Below, in pieces: positions 20,633-32,570 of a DNA stretch of 64,000 nucleotides. The position numbers and the translations under genes were made by a program. Location of the stretch: positions 1-64,000 of the forward strand of contig MCFE01000096.1 of assembly GCA_002104905.1 (NCBI GenBank), given 5' to 3'. The notes beneath the pieces are model-generated. The model saw only the letters and a list, made by a program, of their open reading frames with translations, had not been told where the DNA came from and ran no database searches. The DNA comes from Basidiobolus meristosporus CBS 931.73. Its lineage: Eukaryota; Fungi; Basidiobolomycota. Each line of letters starts with the position of its first letter. Position 1 is the first letter of the stretch.

Positions 20633-22723
20633 ATGCGTTTCTCTGCCTCTAGATTGATATTCATCCTCTCCGCCACCCAAATTATCGCCGGGGCGAGCGT
20701 ACGAAGAAATTACTCCCAAAATGATTCCAACGGAATTGGAAATGGTGCCTACAGTGGTCATGGCACAGGTGGTGATGGTGACAAGGATGGTTCTGGTGGG
20801 AACTCTGGGGTACCCGGTGGTGCGAATGGCGCTCCTGGTGTACCTGGTGGCGCTCCTGGTGGCGTTCCCGGTGGTGCTCCTGGTGGTGCTCCTGGTGGCG
20901 TTCCCGGTGGTGCTCCTGGCGTACCTGGAGGTTCTCCGGGTGTTCCGTCAGGTGATTCTGGCTCCCCATCAGGACATACTCCAGGAAGTGGTGGATCAGA
21001 AGTACCCACCGCTGAAGAATGTCGCCTTATTCTTGCCAAGGTGAACGCAGGAATACTCAATGGAGTAGCCGCAAAACTCTGCATTGACTTGAATCCATCA
21101 TTACCGGGTGCTCCTGGTGCTCCAAGTGCTCCAAATGCCCCAGGTGCTCCTAATGCTCCGGGTGCTCCAAGTACCCCAAATGCCCCAAGTGCTCCAGGCG
21201 GTGCTCCTAATGCTCCGGGTGCTCCAAGTACTCCAAACGCCCCAAGTGCTCCAGGCGGTGCTCCTAATGCTCCGGGTGCTCCAAGTACTCCAAATGCCCC
21301 AGGTGCTCCGGGCGGTGCTCCTAGTGCTCCGGGTGTTCCTGGTGCCCCAGGTGCTCCGGGCGGTGGTCCTAATGCTCCGGGTGCTCCTGGTGCCCCAAGC
21401 GCTCCTGGTGCTCCAAGTACTCCAAATGCCCCAGGTGTTCCGGGCGGTGCTCCTAATGCTCCTAGTGCTCCTGGTACTCCAAATGCTCCTGGCGCTCCAA
21501 GTGCTCCAGGCGGTGCTCCTAATGCTCCGGGTGCTCCAAGTGCTCCTGGTACTCCAAATGCTCCGGGTGCTCCCGGCGTTCCTAATGGAACACCTGCTGA
21601 TGAAAAAACACCGTCGGCCGAGGAATGTAAGCTGATATTGGCCAAAGTGGATTCTGGTCTATTGGGTGGAATCGCCGCCAAGCTCTGCGTGGATTTGAAT
21701 CTCGGTGTCCCGTCAGCCCCAAGTGCTCCTGGTACTCCAAATGCCCCGGGCTCTCCAAGTGCTCCAGGCGGTGCTCCTAATGCCCCGGGTGCTCCAAGTG
21801 CTCCTGGTACTCCAGGTACTCCAAATGCCCCGGGTGCTCCTAATGCCCCGGGTGCTCCAAGTGCTCCAGGTGGTGCTCCTAATGCCCCGGGTGCTCCAAG
21901 TGCTCCAAGTGCTCCAGGTGCTCCTAATGCCCCGGGTGCTCCAAGTGCTCCAAGTGCTCCAGGTGCTCCTAATGCCCCGGGTGCTCCAAGTGCTCCAGGT
22001 GGTGCTCCTAATGCCCCGGGTGCTCCAAGTGCTCCAGGTGGTGCTCCTAATGCCCCGGGTGCTCCAAGTGCTCCAGGTGGTGCTCCTAATGCCCCGGGTG
22101 CTCCAAGTGCTCCAAGTGCTCCAGGTGCTCCTAATGCCCCGGGCTCTCCAAGTGCTCCAGGCGGTGCTCCTAATGCCCCGGGTGCTCCAAGTGCTCCAGG
22201 CGGTGCTCCAAATGCTCCAGGTGCTCCTAATGCCCCGGGTGCTCCAAGTGCTCCAGGTGGTGCTCCTAATGCCCCGGGTGCTCCAAGTGCTCCAGGTGGT
22301 GCTCCTAATGCCCCGGGTGCTCCAAGTGCTCCAGGTGCTCCTAATGCCCCGGGTGCTCCAAGTGCTCCTGGTACTCCAAATGCCCCGGGCGCTCCAAGTG
22401 CTCCTGGCGGTGCTCCAAAAGCTCCAGGTGCCCCTGGTGGTTCATCTGCCAGTGGAGCCAAATGTGAAAACATCCGGTTAAAAGTACAAAACCTTCTGGG
22501 AATCAATGCGGATGCAGTCGTATGTCTCGATGGCCTACTTCAAGTCATTTCCAACGGGCCAGTAGGTGGACTCCTTTCAGGTATATTAGGAGGGGGCAAG
22601 GGAAACAGCTCGGGAGCAGACACGCAGCAGGAAGCGTGTGAAACCATCAAGGCTCACGCCAACGCCTTGGGGATCGATGCCAAGCTCGTGGTGTGCCTTC
22701 CAGACATCCAAATCGCCCTGTAA
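20633..22723 (+). CDS. Secreted Gly/Pro/Ala-rich repeat protein (696 aa) with four C-x18/19-C modules
   Basis: Intronless ORF; hydrophobic N-terminus MRFSASRLIFILSATQIIAGA then SVRR; NAPGAPSAPGG-type repeats; TATAAAT at 20528-20534. Confidence 0.9.
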   Translation: MRFSASRLIFILSATQIIAGASVRRNYSQNDSNGIGNGAYSGHGTGGDGDKDGSGGNSGVPGGANGAPGVPGGAPGGVPGGAPGGAPGGVPGGAPGVPGGSPGVPSGDSGSPSGHTPGSGGSEVPTAEECRLILAKVNAGILNGVAAKLCIDLNPSLPGAPGAPSAPNAPGAPNAPGAPSTPNAPSAPGGAPNAPGAPSTPNAPSAPGGAPNAPGAPSTPNAPGAPGGAPSAPGVPGAPGAPGGGPNAPGAPGAPSAPGAPSTPNAPGVPGGAPNAPSAPGTPNAPGAPSAPGGAPNAPGAPSAPGTPNAPGAPGVPNGTPADEKTPSAEECKLILAKVDSGLLGGIAAKLCVDLNLGVPSAPSAPGTPNAPGSPSAPGGAPNAPGAPSAPGTPGTPNAPGAPNAPGAPSAPGGAPNAPGAPSAPSAPGAPNAPGAPSAPSAPGAPNAPGAPSAPGGAPNAPGAPSAPGGAPNAPGAPSAPGGAPNAPGAPSAPSAPGAPNAPGSPSAPGGAPNAPGAPSAPGGAPNAPGAPNAPGAPSAPGGAPNAPGAPSAPGGAPNAPGAPSAPGAPNAPGAPSAPGTPNAPGAPSAPGGAPKAPGAPGGSSASGAKCENIRLKVQNLLGINADAVVCLDGLLQVISNGPVGGLLSGILGGGKGNSSGADTQQEACETIKAHANALGIDAKLVVCLPDIQIAL

Positions 22724-23004
22724 ATAGTAGAATAGGAAACCTTATTTGTTGAAACGATTTTTATTAATTTACTCTCCCAGCAATGGCTGACAGCACTAAC
22801 CCACCCGGACTTTTAATCTGCTTTATAACTAACCACACTGCACCTACTATCAAGGTTTAGGAATGTACCATTCTATATTGAATAAATCGGGTTTAAATTA
22901 TCCAAACACCGGGCTGACTACACGGATAGATATATGGCTTATGATCGAATAGTACTGATATCATTGAACAACCCGAAGGTGTGAAAGGACAAGCCTCGAC
23001 CAAC

Positions 23005-25590
23005 TCACTTTTTGTACCACTGTTTCTTGAATAAAGGATGATGTTCGCCCCCTCTGGACGCTCCTCGGGAGCCGCCGCTGCCAACGGCTTTGTTGGGCTC
23101 CATGTAGGCCATATCGTCACCGCCCGCCAGCGATTTCATGGATCCTACCCCACGCCTTACCATGGACTTCTTGGACGACCGCGAGGACACGTCGTCGGCA
23201 TCCACTGGAACATCCAAATCAGCCTCGTCATCGTTGGCCATCAGCACGCTCTTCAACAGCTCCATTTGTGACTCTTTGGTTCTGTACACGAGGTTGGGCT
23301 CGGAGTCCATACCTTCAAGATGGGTGATCACTTTGAAGGCATAGCCCTGATCAATTAAGAACTGCTGGCGCTTGGTGGAGTAGTACATCTCCTGAGTGTC
23401 CTTGGAGACGAGTGAGTAGAAGAAAGCGTTGAACCCTTCGTCGTTACGACGCTTGGCACGGAGAATACGACCTAGACGCTGGGCCTCTTGACGTCTGGAG
23501 CCGTAGTGCGAGGAGATCTGAATCAAGCAAGTGGCTTCCGGAAGATCGATCGAGGTGTCACCGACTTTCGACAGGAAGATGGTGTTCAGCTGTGGGTTGT
23601 GCTGGAACTGCTGCAGAATGCGAAGACGTTCTTGCTGGCCGGTGCCACCGTAGATGTAAGGCTTCTTCAGCTTGAGAGCGTAGGCCTTCAAGGCGTAGAC
23701 GTTATCTGAGAACACAATGATCTTGTCTCCTCTTCTCTCGTGGTAGTCGATCAGATACTGCGCAGCCTGGAATTTCTGCGGGTTCATGACGTATAGCAGC
23801 ATGCGCTTTCTGGAGTTCTCGCCCAGGTATTCGCGGTAGAACTCCGGGGTCATCGGGCACCACACCTCAGCACATTGCACAGTGGCAATGTGCCCTTGCT
23901 GAGAGAGCTCCATCCAATTGGCCTCGTAGAGCTTGGGGCCAATCAAGAAATTCAGATCGTCGATCTTCTCATCCTCACGCACAAGCGTCGCAGTGAGACC
24001 GAGCTTCGCGTGGGCAGCAATGGTGCTGACCACCTTACGGAACATGTTTGCTGGAACGACGTGCACCTCGTCCAGGAGGATGAACCCCCACTCACGGCTG
24101 GTCAAGAAGTCCATCATCTTCTGGGCGTCGTGGGAACGGTTGCGCGTGTTCGCCACCATGGAATAGGTGGACACGACGATTCCGGATTCCCCGGAGAATC
24201 GCTCTTTTTGCTCGGAGGTGAACACCGCGATCTGCCGCTCACTAATGTTCGACCACTGAAGGTACTGCTGCTTCCACTGGTTGACCGACACAGAGGAGGT
24301 GCACAACACCAGAGTGCTCTTCTTGATGGTGCATGTCGCCGTGATCCCGACCAACGTCTTACCAGCTCCGCACGGAAGCACAATGATCCCTGACCGGGCA
24401 CGGCCGTTACCAAACATCTTGCTTAAACTCTTCTCCTGGTAGGGACGGATGGCGGTGATGGGCTTCAGGTCGATCTCCAGGTTGGGGTTGATGGTGTCGT
24501 TACGGAAGTCGTACTCCTCCAGCATTGGATAATCCAGCTCGGTGCATCTTTTCTTCACGATTTCCACGAAGCCTGGGTCAATCTCGAAGGAGTGCACCTG
24601 GTCCCCGTCATCCTCCTCCTGGTCTTCCTTGTCGATGTCGACCACCGCGAAGATCTCGTCCTCGGTGTTCACCTTCTCGTCCGCCACCTTCTCCTTGGCA
24701 TCCTCTTTGCTCTTGATGCCAGGGATCTTGAGGTCTTTCCCGGTGGGAGCCTTCGACGAGATCAGGTCTTTGCCTTTGTCGTCGGAAGAGGTGATCCGGG
24801 ACTGAGCGATGACCTGATCTCTCAAGAGGAGCTGCAGGATTTCCGGGTGGGACGATTCCACGAAATAGCGATTGTGGTTCAGAACCAACTTGACCTTGCC
24901 GTAGGACAAGGTGCATTGGCGGATAAACTGGATGATGGGCTCGGGGACTGGGGCCTGGAAAGTAAATGGAGAGTCTGGTAAGTGATGGCTTTGCCGCCAA
25001 GGGGCTGCATGGACGGGGTACCTTAGAGAGTCTGTTTAGCACATCGATGATGTCCTGGGTCTCTAGGCCGACAGACACCGCCGCGTACAAGGAGTAAGGC
25101 GTCAAGCGGTACTCGTGAATATACGACGGTCTAAACAAAATCGGGTTGAGTGGTCGAATTCTCGAGGCAAGGGGTGCGCACATGGTAGGCAAGCCAAATA
25201 CCTGCTCACCGGCTCACTGATGGCAATCAGGAAGTCCTGTGCTTGCTCTGCGATAGGGGAGAAGCCCTCCAAAATGATGTGACCATTCTCAGGACTGATC
25301 CAGAGTGGCCGAGATTCGTGATCTGGCTTTAAAGGCAGATAGGTGTAATCCTCTTCGCCAAAAATATGCGACACTGAATCCCGATTAATGTGGGCTTTAT
25401 GTGCGATGGAGCTTACATCGAGCGTGGCATTTTTTGGCACTATCATAGAAACAAAATTAACACCTAGAACAGGAGCTCCCAATTCTCCAAAAAACTACAT
25501 ACACAGTGCCTGCGCTTGGGCAAACAACTCCTCTTCAAAATCCTCGTCATCCAAAGAAGGGGATCCCTTACGCTTTTGACTTGTATTCAT
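23005..25590 (-). CDS. SSL2: TFIIH/NER DNA helicase XPB (Ssl2/Rad25), 4 exons
   Basis: Motifs [31 protein letters not shown] and [13 protein letters not shown]. Hand-built exons run from the ATG at 25590 through about 25459-25202 and 25130-25022 to 24954-23005, with GT-AG introns. Confidence 0.97.
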
Positions 25591-25862
25591 GCTTTACTTT
25601 GCAACCAACCCCTTCTGGAACACTTGTTTCTTATAAAGGGATTTCCCAAGGAGCAAATAAACGGTACTTGTCCGGAGGGGAATGAATTAAAGAATGGCTG
25701 GGCGGACCCATCTTTATATAAAAATCGGGATTTCCGCAGCTGCATCAAAGGATGACATTATTAATGATACATTTCTATTTGGTGATGAGCCGAGCGGATC
25801 AGCTGATGCGTGCTTGGAAATAGATTTGGTTTGGACCATTTGTGCCAGCATTGAATAGCGCT

Positions 25863-27642
25863 CTACTGCATTCTGGGCCGCTTGAGGGAGGCATGTGAGC
25901 TATCCGCCATGGGCTCACGCTTACAAACCTCCGGAGTTTCCGAAGAGAGCGTAGTGTGGACACGGCTGAACTCATGCTTCAATGTGTCAAAATAGGAGGA
26001 GATTGATGCATCCTCCTGCACCCGATCCTCAATCTAGATGAGACAAACAGTCAGTGGATACTTCGCAATGGATCACAGACCATGGCTACCTTCATCCATG
26101 GATGCTCCAGGGCCTCGTCAACTGTCAATCGCTCCTGCGGATTCACTTGCAAAAGCCTCTTCACCAGATCTATCGCTTCGCTCGACTTGAGTAAACAGAG
26201 AATCATCAAAAGAAGCCAAGGAACACCAACCTTCGGCGGACACGTTATCCCAGTAGGGCGAAGGGAAGTTGTAGATTCCCTCTTTGATCTGGGCCTGCAT
26301 ACTCGGTGGGCCAAGTTCATCTGTGATGGAAGAGTCGTTAGAAAGGGAGCACGCGGTTGGCCTGCTGCTGCCACTTACCGGCGAACGGTGGGAATCCACA
26401 CAAACAAATGTACAAGATGACACCCAAACTCCATAGGTCGACTCCCTTCGAATATTGGCGGTGTTGCGGTAGCTGCAGCACCTCGGGGGCAACATAGTTC
26501 GGCGTCCCGCACAAGGTTTGAGTAAATGAGGCCTCCCCAACAATCTTGGCCAAGCCAAAGTCCGACACCTTCACCCGAAGCGGGCTCTTCGAATCCAAGA
26601 GAATGTTCTCGGGCTTCATGTCGCGGTGGGTGATTCCGCGGTCGTGCAAGTACTTGATGGCTTGAAAGAGCTGGTAAAACACAAGCCGTGTCTCGGGCTC
26701 GGAAAAGCGCTGCTTCTGCTCTATAAGATCAAAGAGCTCCCCACCGTCGACCAACTCCAGGACTATGTAAAGAAAATCCTGCTCGTCATAGACTCCGTGG
26801 GTTGATATGATACATGGGTGCTTGATGGCCATCAATATAGCGATCTCTCGTTGTAGCGCCTCGTTGAGCTTGGACTTTTGTCTGAACCGGAGTTTGTTGA
26901 TGATTTTGACCGCGAATTTCTTTCCAGTCGACCGCTCAGTCGCCAACTTGACTTCGGCAAAATTCCCCTGCCCCAGTGTACCCCCGATAAGATACTTCTC
27001 GTGCAGCGCCGATTGATGCTCCTTGTGGAGTGCCAATTGCTTGAAGATGAACGAATGGTCCTCAATCGCTGCTCCTGACTTGGAGCTGCTGGACGTCAGC
27101 TGGACGTGGTCTCCGCTAACTATTTGTCTGCGTTGATTCCGCCCAATCTTTTTCCCATTCACTCGAGTGCCGTTGGAACTTAAATCTTCAATAAATATAC
27201 ATTCCTGTGGGCCTGCCTGTGTATCTACTTTATTCTCCTTGAAAATCAGGCAGTGCCTGTTGCTGACTTGTGGATGATCAATGGTGACATCGCACTCAGG
27301 ATGCCGTCCCAGCAAATACCCTTTACCGTCGGTCCTGCTTAGGTATATGGTCTGCTGTGTGGAGTTGAGCGACTGGAGGATGCCCCAGCAATCGTCCATC
27401 GCGGTCTCTTCGCTTGCTTCCTCCGGAACCGATGTCTTCGGTGTGGAACCCAAGGAATCAGAATCACCACCCTCCTTGGAAGCCAATACTTCGGCTTGTT
27501 GGAGGAAGGAGCCTGCACGTGACGATTTATCGGTCAAGTTACTCTCGCAGTGAGAAATACTTCTCGGGGCATCAACTAGAGCGATTTCCTCAGTGGTGGC
27601 ATTCGAAAGCAGGGTATCTGGGAGGGAAGCTTGATCAGACAT
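25863..27642 (-). CDS. CHK2: FHA-domain Ser/Thr checkpoint kinase (Chk2/Cds1/Dun1 family), 4 exons
   Basis: FHA motifs (LGRHPECD, VSNRHC, DLSSNGTRVNG) followed by a kinase domain (GQGNFAEV, HRDMKPEN, DFG, CGTPNYVAPE). Exons 27642-26379, 26320-26231, 26175-26090 and 26033-25863 join in frame. The exact ortholog within the family is uncertain. Confidence 0.9.
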
Positions 27643-28968
27643 TGCGGAGTTGCTTTACCCTTAGAACACACAAGTAGCTTGTGCAAACGTAAGAAATTTT
27701 TAGGCTTGAGCCCGAAACACTACCAAAGGTTAAGAGGTCACACGCAACGAGTCAAACAGAAACTCCGTGGTTGTTTTCCACATTGTAAGCCCAGCCTGCC
27801 GCAATGCAGTGGGATTGGATCGGCAGTCACCATCATGAAGACGTCCGGGTTGGGGTTAAGTTAAGAGCCAAATTAAGTATATTGCCTACAACCAGGTTAA
27901 GAACATTGTTTACAACCCTCGTAAGGTAAACATGTTTATAAACCACCCAACCGCCTGAATGGTACCATTCTCATTGGAAATCAACCCTTCCAGAAGCTTT
28001 CCTTATCAGGCCTCATCCAGATATCCCCCAACATCTTGTATTCCATGCGCGGCGGGAACTGTGGAAAACCGACGATTCCCATATGCGGAATTGTTCTCGA
28101 CTCTAGCGAAATTCACTCAATTCTAGAACTCCTCATGGTAACCCTCGATTCGCCGAATATTCCAGAGAATTTCCATCTTCATCGATTCGTTTGTGTTCCT
28201 GCGTGTTCTATTGACGGCGAATATCACTCAGCTGTGCAACCTTGACCAAGTTATGATTGGGTCTCGAGCTGAGGCTAATAAGGGCTGTCTGCGATGGCAG
28301 TGGAACTGGTGCATCGTCATGCGGTTCACATGATGCGCTACTTGTGCCATTCGCAGGGCTCCTGCTCAGAGATAACCTATTGCACCACCGGTAAAAGGGG
28401 CAGTTTCAGGTTGTGCAAGGAACTGCTTAGCCTGGTGCCCCTATGGTGAACAATTTGTTTCTAAGCATGAAGTGAAGCCATGATGTCAAGAGCTACAGGC
28501 AAAAATGCCGCATGGATGAATGACTCGGGTTTTGTCTAGGCTCCAATGATTGGGCCAGTCTCGAAAGATACGCATCCGGAAAGGATGAAAAAGGGAAATT
28601 GCGTAGAAGTTTTCCATTACAATCTCAATGAATGTAACATTGATTTGCTTATATAGTATGGTTCTCTGCCCGTTGATTGGCCTCAATCGACGGTACTCAT
28701 ATAATCAGGTTTCAGGGTGATTCTGTGGTTTGAGTGAGTTTGACAAGCAACTGAGGGAAATTTGCGAGGGCAGCAGTTGAGGGAATTTTGCGACAATAGA
28801 TGGGATTTTCTATTATAAGGAAGTACCATCCGACGGGGCCCTCTAGCAGCCAAAATTTTCTTCCTTCTTTCTAGAAGTCCTATATTTTCTATTCCCTCCC
28901 CGCATATTCTGTTTCTTAGTCGATAGTCATCATTCGTGTCAAGTCGCTGTGCCCACAACCCTCTGAAC

Positions 28969-30257
28969 ATGACCAAAAAGACCCCCCTGGAAAGAGGCAA
29001 TTCCCGCTCCGCCTCCAGAAGCCCTGGCAAGGAAGATCCAAACTCCACCGTCAAAACACAAACCGCTTTTGTAGGGAAACTTTATACGTAAGTGCTGAGG
29101 CTGGAGATGTTGTCAAGCGCTTATGTGCTAATGTGAAGGCATTTTTTAAAGCATGGTCGAGGATCCCACCATTCAGAACCTTATATCTTGGTCGAATTCT
29201 GGTAAAACATTTTTGGTTCATGAGCCAACCGAGTTCTCGAAAAAAGTGCTTCCCATCTACTTCAAACACAACAACTGGCAGAGCTTTGTGAGACAACTCA
29301 ACAGTAAGCATCGTTTTTTATGGTAATCTCAGCAGTTCCAGCTTTCTAACGTATGGCGGTTTTTTCCCAACGCTACCTTGCTCTTTAGTGTACGGTTTCC
29401 ACAAAGGTATGTTGTCTTCATGAACCAGCTCTTGGACATTAGGCTAACGCGGCATTGTGTTAGTCAACAACGTATTTCATAGCAATAGTCCTATTGACGG
29501 ACAGCCCTGGGAGTTTGAGCACAATGACTTCCGTAAAGGCGCTAAAGAGTTGTTGGGTAACATCAAAAGAAAGGCGCCCAAAGCTAACAACCCTGGGACG
29601 CCAAGTGCAGAGCCCACCACCCAGTCGAAGCCAATTAGATCCATAACCCCAGAGGCAGTAGTGGAATCAGATCCACGTGACGAGGTCATCGATCATTTGA
29701 CACAGAAAGTGGATCGATTGGAAAGAAACTTGGCGGAAATGCACCGTTCACATGAGAGCTTGTTGTCCGAAGTGGGATCGTACAAATCAGCACAAGAGAA
29801 GAGTTTCCAGCTTATTGCCCGCATGGCGGACATGCTCCAGTCACTGGCTAAAGATGATTACGATGACTGGCAAGCCTATCGCAAACGCAAGATTGATACC
29901 ATCAGTGACATCAAGTATGAGGTGGCGAGCCTTATGAATCCTGAGGCTACCGACTTGCCACGGAAGGAAACCACCAACCTTTCCATGAATCACCCGGGTT
30001 CCCACCAAAATATAGAACGCCGCCACTTGACCCCACCCTTCTATCCACCCAGCAGTGCTAATTACAGTCACTCAAGTTTGCCATCCATCCAAGCGACCCA
30101 TAGCTACCCACTCTCACCTAGTTCCAACCCTCGTGACGGCAAATCCACGTCCCCAGTGTTTTTGCCTTGCACCAATATCACTCTTCCACCATTGGCGGAG
30201 ATGGCATCCCATGGTAATTACGACATGAACACCTTGAAGCGACCCAGGTTTGCGTAA
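28969..30257 (+). CDS. HSF-type DNA-binding transcription factor, 4 exons
   Basis: Exons 28969-29087, 29152-29303, 29389-29406 and 29464-30257 splice to AFVGKLYTMVEDP...FKHNNWQSFVRQLNMYGFHKV...WEFEHNDFRKG (HSF DNA-binding domain), followed by a coiled-coil. Confidence 0.93.
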
Positions 30258-30653
30258 GCCACGACAGAGTCTGCGAAGAGACAAGGGAGGAGTGTATTGT
30301 ATAGTAATAATCGACCAGGTTGGCGCACTCTGTTTTGCATGTAAATAGCGTATTTAAAGAAACTTGTACATTTCCCGTGTTTTTGGTATTTTACTTATAA
30401 AATGTTCGCCATTGCGAAGTCCACCACACTATTCCTGAAAGTGCGATTTCCATTGAGGTTGTCGGTAAATTTGGTTGCAATCAGAGGGCTGCTTTGCATT
30501 GCACGAGCGCATTAAAGAATTCGCCTTCAATGGCGATGTTTGTTATAAATATTGAGAGATACTGGCCTTCTCACATCAGTTACAACTCTCTGGGTCATCA
30601 CTTTTGCATTCCACTTCATCCGCATCCGCATCCACATCCCACTTCATCAAGCC

Positions 30654-31214
30654 ATGCATTTCTCCAGCATCTCCATCGCTCTCATCCTCTCCACCGTGTC
30701 GAGTGTTCTCTCCGTCCCAGTACAGAGCTACAACCGCTACGATGTGGAGGATGGCTACAACAATGGCGAGTATGAGATGGACCACAGATACACCGACTAC
30801 CCGGAGAACTACGGCAAGGACAACGAGGTCTATCGCTGGGATGAAGCGGACTACAAGAGGAGGGAGGAGCTCGAGTACGACAACGAAGCTGAGTACGTTC
30901 CCCTACGCGAGTCCAAATATGGAGGGGAGCGTGGACGTGAGCACGAGTACGAGAGTGAGCGCGAATATGGCTACGAGCGCAACGGAAGTGATGATCCGGA
31001 ACCAAGAAGACCACTATTCGAGGAAGAGCCAGTCGACCAGGAGAACATGAAGAAGGGGCCAGTTGCCAACGAGGAGGCAAAGACAGCCTCGCCTGAGTCC
31101 CAGCAGAAGGATACCACCCCAGCCTCCACAGGAGTTACCGATGAAAAGGTGATGCCAGCATCGGGCCCTGACTGCCCAGGATTACTTGGAGTGTGTGTAA
31201 AGGTCAATCTGTGA
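30654..31214 (+). CDS. Secreted Tyr/Glu-rich protein, copy 1 (186 aa)
   Basis: Signal-peptide-like MHFSSISIALILSTVSSVLS; TATAAAT at 30544-30550; RYTDYPENY motif; ends CPGLLGVCVKVNL. Confidence 0.85.
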   Translation: MHFSSISIALILSTVSSVLSVPVQSYNRYDVEDGYNNGEYEMDHRYTDYPENYGKDNEVYRWDEADYKRREELEYDNEAEYVPLRESKYGGERGREHEYESEREYGYERNGSDDPEPRRPLFEEEPVDQENMKKGPVANEEAKTASPESQQKDTTPASTGVTDEKVMPASGPDCPGLLGVCVKVNL

Positions 31215-31568
31215 AGACTGTGGATCAGAATTATGATAATAATAGTAATAGGGATATGTATAGTAACACACAGCGGAAATAAATAAACGCCGTATGCTGC
31301 AGGGGCTTTCATCTCCATATATCCTTAAGGAGTTTAAAGCTTATTTTGTCAGATTTCCTCGGCTAAATAACGCCAACCTTGGGTGATTGGATCTGGCAAA
31401 AGATAATGGGTGCTGATTAAATGGGAATACTTGATACCAGTAGTCGCCGCTACCGAATATCCATATTACGCTTAGATTGGATTCAGATTCAATGCAAAAA
31501 GATAAGCTTTTCTTGGAATCTGGGCATTCGATTTATTTTCTATCAGATATATTCTTAATTATACGAAT

Positions 31569-32159
31569 TCACAGGTTGACATTGACACACACTCCAAGTA
31601 ATCCGGTCACGCCAGGACAGTCTGTGCCTGCATCATTGGATGTTGAGCCTGATGCTGGCGCCACTCTTTCACTGTTGACTCCTGTGGAGGCTGGGGTGGT
31701 ATCCTTCTGCTGGGACTCAGGCGAGGCTGTCTTTGCCTCCTCGTTGGCAACTGGCCCCTTCTTCATGTTCTCCTGGTCGACTGGCTCTTCCTCGAATAGT
31801 GGTCTTCTTGGTTCCGGATCATCACTTCCGTTGCGCTCGTAGCCATATTCGCGCTCACTCTCGTACTCATGCTCACGTCCACGCTCCCCTCCGTATTTGG
31901 ACTCGCGTAGGGGAACGTACTCAGCTTCGTTGTCGTACTCGAGCTCCTCCCTCCTCTTGTAGTCCGCTTCATCCCAGCGATAGACCTCGTTGTCCTTGCC
32001 GTAGTTCTCCGGGTAGTCGGTGTATCTGTGGTCCATCTCATACTCGCCATTGTTGTAGCCATCCTCCACATCGTAGCGGTTGTAGCTCTGTACTGGAGCG
32101 GAGAGAACACTCGACACGGTGGAGAGGATGAGAGCGATGGAGATGCTGGAGAAATGCAT
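31569..32159 (-). CDS. Secreted Tyr/Glu-rich protein, copy 2 (196 aa)
   Basis: Near-identical to copy 3, inverted; TATA at 32262-32268 on the minus strand. Confidence 0.85.
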   Translation of the reverse strand: MHFSSISIALILSTVSSVLSAPVQSYNRYDVEDGYNNGEYEMDHRYTDYPENYGKDNEVYRWDEADYKRREELEYDNEAEYVPLRESKYGGERGREHEYESEREYGYERNGSDDPEPRRPLFEEEPVDQENMKKGPVANEEAKTASPESQQKDTTPASTGVNSERVAPASGSTSNDAGTDCPGVTGLLGVCVNVNL

Positions 32160-32570
32160 GGCTTGATGAAGTGGGATGGGATGCGGATGCGGATGAAGTG
32201 GAATGCAAAAGTGATGACCCAGAGAGTTGTAACTGATGTGAAAAGGCTGGCGCCTCTCAATATTTATAATGAAAGGATTGAAAGTTGATATGTCACTGTA
32301 TGTATATGCTAGCATCCATGTACGAAATCTTTATTCGGATATTACGAGCCTTGGCAACTGCAGGCTATTATTACATGGTTTTTCTGAATTTATGCTGAAT
32401 CGGCGAGTTTTTGACTTGCATCACAATCTTATAGAGTACGTTTGGCTTTTGCCGCATTCATTATAAATATCGAGAGGTGCCAGCCTTTTCACATCAGTTA
32501 CAACTCTCTGGATCATCACTTTTGCATTCCACTTCATCCGCATCCGCATCCCACCCCACTTCATCAAGCC

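Noticed and set aside
20900-22440. Regularly spaced short direct repeats, superficially CRISPR-like
   Set aside because: They are codon-phase repeats inside a eukaryotic ORF, with no unique spacers and no cas genes.
20682-22506. Long alternative-frame and antisense ORFs over the Gly/Pro/Ala gene (582 aa on -, 258 and 175 aa on +)
   Set aside because: These are shadows of a tandem repeat that lacks stop codons. Only the 20633 frame has a signal peptide, a TATA box and non-repetitive modules.
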